Positions 1 through 6,685 of a DNA stretch of 9,892 nt are shown piece by piece. Position 1 is the first letter of the stretch. Every line of letters begins with the position of its first letter. Source of the DNA: Azolla caroliniana (lineage: Eukaryota; Plantae; Polypodiophyta); contig JBHGNT010001314.1 in the NCBI GenBank assembly GCA_043228905.1, forward strand, positions 1 through 9,892, in the 5' to 3' direction. The notes under the pieces were generated by a model. It was not told the DNA's origin. It saw only the letters and a program-made list of their open reading frames with translations, and did not search any database. Made by a program: the position numbers and the translations under genes.

Positions 1-134
1 AGACCGGATTACCGGCTCGGATGGAGACCGGATAGACGGATCAATCGGATAAGTTGATTGTGACGATTTCGGTGTGAAACGAACAAAATCATCTAGACTA
101 AAAACCTAGTAAAAGTTTGTATACAAAGGGACGC

Positions 135-193
135 AAGCAAGGCTTGAACCTTGCACCTCCAAGATAGGAGGCAGTAAAATTGCCGCTAAGCCA
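135..193 (-). promoter_or_regulatory. tRNA-derived Pol III type-2 promoter (A box + B box) inside the LTR, antisense
   Basis: Minus strand reads TGGCTTAGCGG (193-183, fits A box TRGCNNARYGG), then 32 nt, then GGTTCAAGCC (150-141, B-box-like) within the hairpin GCAAGG-TTCAAG-CCTTGC. T4 and T5 runs lie downstream on the minus strand. Confidence 0.6.
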
Positions 194-278
194 AGTCATT
201 TCTCTAAAAATGTTTTTTCTATCATTATACTTTCACATTTAATTCTCATATTAGAGCTTAAAAGTGTGACATGGTTAT

Positions 279-374
279 CATGCATCACATGTAATGCATG
301 AGCGCCAAATGGCAAACATTGTATGCATGTCTTGTATCCTCACATGCATCATATGCATGGGGGCATATATAAAA
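279..374 (+). promoter_or_regulatory. LTR U3 Pol II promoter: cluster of RY-like CATGCA motifs plus TATA box
   Basis: CATGCA/TGCATG at 279, 295, 324, 343 and 354; TATATAAAA at 366-374. Confidence 0.5.
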
Positions 375-749
375 GAGTGGTTTAAAAAGATCAAAGGGGG
401 CAATGTATATATCAAGTATTTAAAAAGAAGAAAATTCATTATCCAATTGATGATATATCTTGTTCTTCAAATCTAAAGTCAAGAGTTCAATCTTAATCTC
501 TCTTAATCTAAAGTCAAGCGCTCTATCTTATCTCAATCTCTCTCTCTTTCAATCTATCTTAAATACTTTCTCGCTAAAGCTACTACAAACTTCGAATCCT
601 TCCGGTTCAGAACCCCGGTAGTTCCGCCTCATGATCCGCACGTAGTGACGGATTTTTCACGACAGCGTCCCTCAACCCGTCGTTTTTACCGGTTGTCAAT
701 GATAGTTACTGTACAATCTCCATTACCAGAGAGCCAAAATTTCCTACAC

Positions 750-950
750 AAGTGTGGGATTGATCTTTATCCAAATCTGCATAAAAGTTAGAATCTTGAT
801 GTGGAATGTAACATCCAACTATAGAAGTGCGCAAATCATTAGGTGTTTTTATTTTGAGCCATACGTGGTAGTTATGTTTATCATTTTTTACGATTGACAC
901 ATATTTCTCTATTTTCTTCTTAAACATGCCACCCCTCCTTATCCTCTTCT
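750..950 (-). pseudogene. Degenerate APE-type endonuclease fragment of a non-LTR (LINE) retrotransposon
   Basis: ORF 706-972 contains RGG..KK.I..YVSIVK.D....VWLKI.......IVGCYIPHQDS, resembling the central WLKI...CY.P segment of LINE AP-endonucleases. The downstream GDFN motif is not cleanly present. Confidence 0.5.
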
Positions 951-1149
951 TTGTCTTGGATTTTTCTCCCATATGAAAGAGGGAGAGAGAAGTATTTCTT
1001 TACTATATCTTGTTTTTTGTTTTTGCATTCTCTTGTCGCAAACACCATGATCAATAGAAATTCAATGAGAAAACGTATGCACTCATACACTTCGAGTTCT
1101 TAGTTCTATTATTTTAGATTTCCTTGTGAAATGATTTCTTTAATGACTT

Positions 1150-1500
1150 GGTTAGTTTGAAACATGAATATATCTTCATCAAATGTAGCTAATGTACTGA
1201 ACAAGAATTTTAATGTCTTTGGGTTAAATAGTGAGTAGGCTTTAACTCCTATTGATTCTCCATAGCTCATGAAAATACTTTTTCTTCTTTTGTGATATAA
1301 CATTTTTCCTCTTTTTTCTTCATTTCTCTTCTAGTAAAGGTTTATACACAAGAAAGTTGAAAGCACAATGGTGACGAATGATGTGGTGAATGCCTAAACC
1401 ACATTGTCTTTACGAGTGTTCAATCATAACTCTTTCAAAGTTGACCTATTTTGAAAATAGCACCCAACGTCAATAGCCTCTTACCCTAATTGATTGTATA
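1150..1500 (-). pseudogene. Ty1/copia element A: decayed integrase C-terminus and SH3-like region
   Basis: Minus-strand reading of ~1480-1380 gives EAIDVGCYFQNRSTLKEL*LNTRKTMWF (cf. WAEA..TA.YL.NRSP...L...TP.E.W). ORF 1109-1303 has KSIFMSYGESIGVKAYSLFNPKTLKFLFS..ATFDE (cf. KCIFLGY.....GYRLYDP.......SRDV.FDE). Stops and frameshifts are present. Confidence 0.8.
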
Positions 1501-1515
1501 AGCATCGTCGATCAT

Positions 1516-2043
1516 TGTGAGGGAAAAACAGTGCTCGGCCACAACCGAGCCTTAAACAAAAAAAGGAAGAAAACAAACTAACAACTAGATGACACATGAT
1601 GTTTACATGGAAACCCTAATTGGGAAAACCATGGGAGCCCATGGACTCCAACTATCACTATGAGGGGAGGAATACAATGTGAGGCTCAGAGGCAATGACC
1701 TCGAGCTCTATGTCTTCGCCAAACCGGCGGTTACAACAGAAAACTCGTTCTGTGTCTCTCTCTACCTCTCTCTGTGTACAACGACAACTCTCAATTGTCA
1801 TCCACATAAAGTGATTGCCGTAAGTCATATTTATACTTATATGAATTTTGGGCTATTTACAAATATAGCCTCAGTGGGCTTATCCTAACATATTTACAAA
1901 TATGTCCTTGGATCCGGTTCGCACCGGATCCATCCGGATTCATTGGTTCCGGTTTCAAGTTTCCGGCTTCTTCATCTGGCTCGTCCGATCCGGCTCCTCC
2001 AATTCTCATCCGGATCCCATCCATAGGGACCGAATTCCCAACA
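1516..2043 (-). mobile_element. 3' LTR of copia element B (528 bp)
   Basis: Termini TGTGAGGGAA...TTCCCAACA form an imperfect inverted repeat. It is directly adjacent to the PPT and RNase H end, has a minus-strand TATAAAT at 1835-1829, and shares block homology with the LTR starting at 9106. Confidence 0.85.
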
Positions 2044-2060
2044 AGCTACCCCTTCACTCC
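2044..2060 (-). other. Polypurine tract of copia B
   Basis: Minus strand GGAGTGAAGGGGTAGCT immediately precedes the TGTTG LTR start and overlaps the pol stop codon. Confidence 0.75.
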
Positions 2061-2778
2061 GGCATGGGATTTTTTGTTAATCCGATCTGTTTCTGGCACA
2101 CGTCGAACTTGTCGGTTGAAAGCACCTTGGTCAGCATATCCGATCCATTCTCCTTTGTGTGGATCTTCGTCAACACAAAGTCTTGATCTCCTACCTTCTC
2201 TCGGATCCAGTGATATCTCCTCTGAATGTGCTTAGTCCGGGAATGGTAGGCTGCATTCTTTGCAAGGTGGATGACACTCTGACTGTCGCAATAGAGCCGG
2301 TATTCCTCCTGTCGGATCCCTAGCTTTCCGATGAAGTCCTTCATCCAGATTACTTCCTTGCCAGCTTCCACAACTGCCATGTACTCCGCTTCCAATGTCG
2401 ATAATGCCACAGACTTCTACAGCCTCGACTACCATGATACGGTTCCCCCTCCATACATCACGACGTATCCGGATGTAGACTGGCTGGTATCCGCATCAGC
2501 CGACATATCTGAATCCATGAATCTGTCAACTTGGGGTTTACCGGAGCCAAACCAGAGGCACATACTTGAGGTACCTTTTAGATATCGGAGTATCCACTTG
2601 ACCGCGTTCCACTGCTCTTTTCTGGGATTGTTCAGGAAACGGCTGACTACTCCGACAACATATGCAATATCCGGCCGGGTGCACACCATTGCGTACATTA
2701 AGCTTCCGACGGCAGAGACATATGGTATCTTCATCATATCCAACTTCTCTGCCTTTCTCTTCGGGCTCTGCTTGATGG
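2054..2778 (-). pseudogene. Ty1/copia (Tnt1/Tork-like) pol: RT C-terminus and RNase H, interrupted
   Basis: PYVSAVGSLMYAMVCTRPDIAYVVGVVSRF, WNAVKWILRYLKGT, DSD.....STSGYV, ALSTLEAEY, LYCDSQS.IHLAKN..YHSRTKHI, SDMLTK. In-frame TAG stops at 2431-2429 and 2419-2417. Cut at 2779 by LTR C. Confidence 0.95.
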
Positions 2779-3243
2779 TGACGAGTGCTATGTGCGGAAA
2801 CGTGTATGGATATGTAGTCGGTACTAGACAACAAACAACGCAGACAGAAAATAGAATAGGCGTGGAGACTTAAACGGATGGAGCTTTAATGGAAAGCTTC
2901 TTGTTACTTTGTTCTTTCTCAGAGATACAATCCACAAAACAGAGAAATTTGTTCTTCGTCACTCACTCTCTTTCTCTCGACATCACTCATTACAATGTTA
3001 GGTATTCGCTTATACACTAAGCCCTAACTTATTAACGAGTTCACACCCGGACAGACACAATTTGGAAGGAGTCGTCCTTTTATACCAATAAAATCCCCCA
3101 TAAAAGGACTACTCTTTTGTACATATGCAAAAGTTTGGGGTTATCTCCCCCGTAAACCTAGATTACAGGTTTAACTAGATTTTATGTTACAAGTCTGTTA
3201 GCAAGTAGCCGAGTCGACAGAGGTATAGTATTAGTGTCGGTCA
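2779..3243 (-). mobile_element. 3' LTR of copia element C (465 bp)
   Basis: Termini TGAC...GTCA. It begins where B's RT homology stops, is flanked on the right by a purine tract (minus strand) and an RNase H end, and has minus-strand TATAAAA at 3084-3078. Confidence 0.8.
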
Positions 3244-3256
3244 ACTCTTACCTTCA
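3244..3256 (-). other. Polypurine tract of copia C (degenerate)
   Basis: Minus strand TGAAGGTAAGAGT directly precedes the TGACCGA LTR start. Confidence 0.6.
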
Positions 3257-3261
3257 ACTCC

Positions 3262-3430
3262 TCATTCGGCTTTCTTCTGCTCGGTCGCTTGTCGTAGCCC
3301 CATCTTTGTCCTTAGTGTTCCGAAGCGTTGATCTAGGAGTGGCTTTGTCAAGCAATCGGCGATGTTCACCTCGGTGTCGATCTTCCGAACTTTGAGTTTC
3401 TTCTTGGTCATGAGCTCCCAGATATGATGA
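3262..3430 (-). pseudogene. Ty1/copia element C RNase H C-terminal remnant
   Basis: HHIWELM....LKVRKIDTEVNIADCLTKPL....FGTLRTKMGL matches the copia RNase H end (H.IRE.V....I.V....T..N.AD.LTKPL). Homology stops at about 3430. Confidence 0.88.
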
Positions 3431-3447
3431 CTGTTGTCCACCCGAAT

Positions 3448-3784
3448 TGTAACCACCGAATAGAATGCGTAAATATATTAGAAGCGTTAAGAAAAGAAAT
3501 GTAACGGTTCATGCGGGAAGTGTGAATGGCTAAACGCCCTGTGTATATAAAGGGCAGAAATCCCCTATAAGAGGTAGTGTGTAATTTTGGAGTGTGAGGT
3601 TTTCTTTTCTAATAGTATCTTATCTTCTTTGATTTCTTGTGTCTGGGCTACCTGCGCTGTCTTGTGTAATCTCTGTATTGTTCGTAAGTACGTCTCTGTA
3701 AGCATAGGGTACGAGTAGCATAGTAGCGCACTCAAGTTCTCTGTCGTAGCCGTGAACCTTCACCCATAGATACGCATTGTTACA
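3448..3784 (+). mobile_element. Probable 5' LTR of gypsy-type element D (boundaries uncertain)
   Basis: Perfect 6-bp terminal inverted repeat TGTAAC...GTTACA; TATATAA at 3544-3550 followed by a T-rich R/U5-like tract; lies upstream of gag. An alternative start is TGTTG at 3432. No TGG-type PBS follows. Confidence 0.55.
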
Positions 3785-4172
3785 CAACCAACGGAGTATG
3801 GCTCACGCCTCATGTGACGGCATACCTTGCCACACAATCACCTTGAGGTCTATCTCGAAGGACTGAGATAGGTAGTGTTCCGTATCGGTAACACGTTTGG
3901 CACGCCTGGTAATCTGTAATTTCTTGTAGACGAATAGCAAGGGATGGATGTCTAGTCGTAGACAACCTAGAGAACCGACCCGGCAAGACCGATCACTCAC
4001 GAGGTCAATCACACACTAGACAGACGAGCGCACAAAGCAAAAATCTCACCTTAGCTATTCCTGTCAGGACTACAAAGTCGACTCCACGCTCACAGAACAC
4101 CGCGACGTCAAGCAGGAAGTCCTGTCACCACATGAGAATCGTGGTCTTCCCCTGCCCACCATAGCAGACGGA

Positions 4173-5993
4173 ATGACCTTCTCCTATCCACGCTTCAACG
4201 ACGAAACGGATGCCGCAAGCCACATCCGGTTGTTCTTGAATGTTTGGAACGCTAATCATATGGCGTAGTGGCTTCTAGAAGCGGAAGCGCACGGATCGAA
4301 GATTGCAGAGTTAAGATTAACTCTGGATGGTAGAGCGGCGTGCTAGCATTCTTAGATGGACATGGCAGCAATCATGACCTTCGATCAGCTACAATCAGCA
4401 TTTTTGCGATTTTTCCATAGAAGGGTACCGCAACGAGAGATTATTGGGCAATTTTACACCATCAAGCAATCGCCAATAGAATCCGTCGTGGATTTTAGTC
4501 TACGACGGCAGCTTACACGGGCCCCAACAGATGAGGAAGCTAAGGAGACATTCTTGGCATCCCTCCGACGACCTATCAGAACGACACTGAACCGACATAG
4601 TGTGAAAGGGGAAATAGCCAATATGGTTATCAAGCGAGCATTACAACTCGAATTGGAAGAAGATGATGATGGATTTTCCATGTCGTCGTTACGCCAGGCT
4701 TTGCCTCAAGACGAGGAACACCACTTCCGCCAGGCTATTCAGTGCACGAACTGTCTCAACTCTGGGCATTCCGTGGTGGAATGCAATATGCGAATTCATT
4801 GCCCCATTTGTCACTCAAAGGCACACACGGTCGAGCAGTGTCAATAAAATATGCTTAACAGACCTACACCCACAGTACGACGCATAGAACCACAGCGGCT
4901 ACTTCGCCGAAATGATCAAGGGCGACAAGAAGAATGATCCCGATATACGGAACGAAATACGCGCGAAGACCGTCACTACCGTAATCACTGAAACAACAAC
5001 TTATATTCCAGTGAAGAGGAACTAGAGGATGAAGAATATTGTGGCAACAACCGATACAATAAAGGGGGACGTCATTATAACAATCGATGTTTTGCAGCCA
5101 ATCGCAGGGGATTCAATGAACCACGGCCACAGGGACATAATAGGCAATATAAGGACCAACATTGGTATGACAAAAGTTCGGAAGATGAGCAGCACTAGGA
5201 GACACATCGCGAACCCCGACAACCACCACGGAATAATAGGAGGCTTCAACAAAATCGGGATGAACAAGCAATAGCCACGGAAACGGCTACACCGCCAGAG
5301 AGAGAGACATGTGAGTCCAGTGTCCATTATTTCGTATGCCAACAACCTGGACATTATGTGACTCAGTGTCCACTTCGCAAGGACTTTCAACAAGTGAGAA
5401 CACGACAACAAACCAAGAACGCGGACTAGGTTGTGCAAGAGGAGATATGCAAAGCGGCCCAAGCCGGGGTAGAAAAAGCTAACGCGGCAAATACAGAATG
5501 TATGAGGTAGGAATCCGCGAATAGCTTACTAAGGGGAAAAGATACGGTATCACTAGATTCCAAATGGGAGGCACTGGCGGATTGTGAGATAACGATGACC
5601 TTGGAGAAGCTCCTCCAACTGGTTCCGCGATTCCGACAAGCACTGGAGAAGCGCATTACGGGCACATCTGGGATAGATGTCTTGACAAATTTTGCAGAAA
5701 CCAATTCCGGTCCAGCAGTGGTAGACCATCACAACCCATCCATTAAACTTGTGATACAGGGTCAAGAAGTCGACGGATGTATAGTCGATGGAGGTTCCGA
5801 CGTCAATGTCATTAGTACGACTACATGTGAACAATTAGGAATTTCGAATTGGGAGGTCCCATTATTTGGCTTTTTTGGCTTGACATTGCAGACACCAGAT
5901 TTGTCTGACCCTTGGGGTTGATCCGGAAATTAGGCATTGTCATTGGTAGTCATCGTTTGGACATTTCGGCAACAGTATTGGCACTTGATGCGC
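4173..5993 (+). pseudogene. Ty3/gypsy-type element D gag-protease, disrupted by stops and truncated by insertion E
   Basis: ATG 4173, ORF 4356-4847, the knuckle at 5328 and ORF 5595 share one frame. Retrotransposon-gag-like TFDQLQSAFLRFF...IKQ...ESV.DF; CCHC knuckles at 4743-4784 and 4800-4841, with a degenerate one at 5328-5369; aspartic protease IVDGGSDVNVIS (D at 5787). Frameshift near 5860; ends at ...VLALDA. Confidence 0.88.
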
Positions 5994-6096
5994 TGTCGTA
6001 GTGTGAATCACACACTACGTGAAATATGTAAAACACTATATCCGATTTAGAGTACGTATAATAAATAAAAATAAAATATTTAAAATATTTATTACG

Positions 6097-6161
6097 TGGA
6101 TAGGGCAAGATTCGAACCTTGTACCTCCATGTAGACAAACCCTAGCCTTACCACTATACTA
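6097..6161 (-). promoter_or_regulatory. tRNA-derived Pol III type-2 promoter (A box + B box) inside LTR E, antisense
   Basis: Minus strand reads TAGTATAGTGG (6161-6151), then 32 nt, then GGTTCGAATC (6118-6109) in the hairpin CAAGG-TTCGAA-TCTTG, followed by CCCTATCCA and T4/T5 runs. Confidence 0.65.
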
Positions 6162-6423
6162 GCATACTATGAATTTTAAAGTTGTACTAAACTTTATCCC
6201 ATGTAAATATTCTAGATATGCATGGTACAAAAAGTTATTCATGCATGCACACTCGAGTTAAAAGAAAAGATGGGATTGAAAGCTAATCATGCACATGTAG
6301 TGTGCCTAAAAACTAAAGTTAGGAAAAGCATGATGCTTGCATGTGATAAACTTAGACTCTTCAAACACTATATAAGGAAGAGAGAAAGATGTATAGGGTT
6401 GTTGATTTTTTTTAGAAGGATTG

Positions 6424-6545
6424 ATTAATACAAAATATTCGTGGGATTCACGATTTTAACATCTAATTCTCTCTTACAATCTAATTACCCATTAATACAT
6501 TATACTCGTGGGATTCGCGAGTTTCATATCAGCTTCTTACAATCT
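6424..6545 (+). repeat. Imperfect 67-bp-period tandem duplication in LTR E R/U5
   Basis: ATTAATACA...TCGTGGGATTC(A/G)CGA...TCTTACAATCT begins at both 6424 and 6491. Confidence 0.7.
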
Positions 6546-6651
6546 CTTCCTAACTAACATTATCTCATATTCTTCTTTCTCCTAGTCCAAAACCCCAGCG
6601 GTTCCCACCCCACTCATGCAAACAATCCGGCGCCGAAAGGCACGACACAAG

Positions 6652-6669
6652 TGGTGAACCCAACGTGAA
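6652..6669 (+). other. Primer binding site complementary to the tRNA-Trp 3' end
   Basis: TGGTGAACCCAACGTGAA versus TGGTGAACCCGACGTGAA, the reverse complement of the plant tRNA-Trp(CCA) 3' end as recalled: one mismatch in 18. Confidence 0.8.
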
Positions 6670-6685
6670 CACGGGTGGCAAGGAG

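Larger units (their letters stand above)
59..698 (+). mobile_element. Probable solo LTR of a gypsy-type family related to the LTR at 5994-6647
   Basis: Starts TGTGAC. It has the same ordered modules as LTR 5994-6647: antisense A/B box, CATGCA cluster, TATATAA, pyrimidine-rich R/U5, AACCCC..GTTCC, CACGACA. The right end is either 664 (CACGACA, homologous to the LTR E end) or 698 (GTCA, giving near-TSD TTGAT 54-58 / ATGAT 699-703). There is no PBS after it and no PPT before it. Confidence 0.65.
5994..6647 (+). mobile_element. 5' LTR of gypsy element E (654 bp)
   Basis: Perfect 6-bp terminal inverted repeat TGTCGT...ACGACA (the end could be 6649). It interrupts D's protease, has TATATAA at 6369-6375, and is followed by a PBS and gag. 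Confidence 0.88.

Noticed and set aside
1-58. CCGG/CGGAT-rich stretch resembling the U3 repeats of LTR B/F in the opposite orientation
   Set aside because: Too short, cut by the window edge, and the similarity is compositional only.
294-476. Short ORFs inside LTRs (294-476, 1679-1888, 6222-6428, 9128-9445)
   Set aside because: They lie within LTR promoter or U5 sequence and have no recognisable protein motifs.
2331-2873. 180-aa plus-strand ORF, and other antisense ORFs such as 5022-5462 and 7865-8203
   Set aside because: These are shadow frames opposite recognisable retrotransposon coding sequence, with no motifs of their own.
3489-3505. AAGAAAAGAAA followed by TGTAAC as a PPT plus 3' LTR start
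   Set aside because: No pol lies upstream and gag follows downstream, which fits a 5' LTR better; it cannot be fully excluded.
6097-6168. Functional tRNA gene (also 131-200)
   Set aside because: Acceptor and anticodon stems do not pair and the T loop is 6 nt, so no anticodon can be assigned. Reported only as a tRNA-derived promoter.
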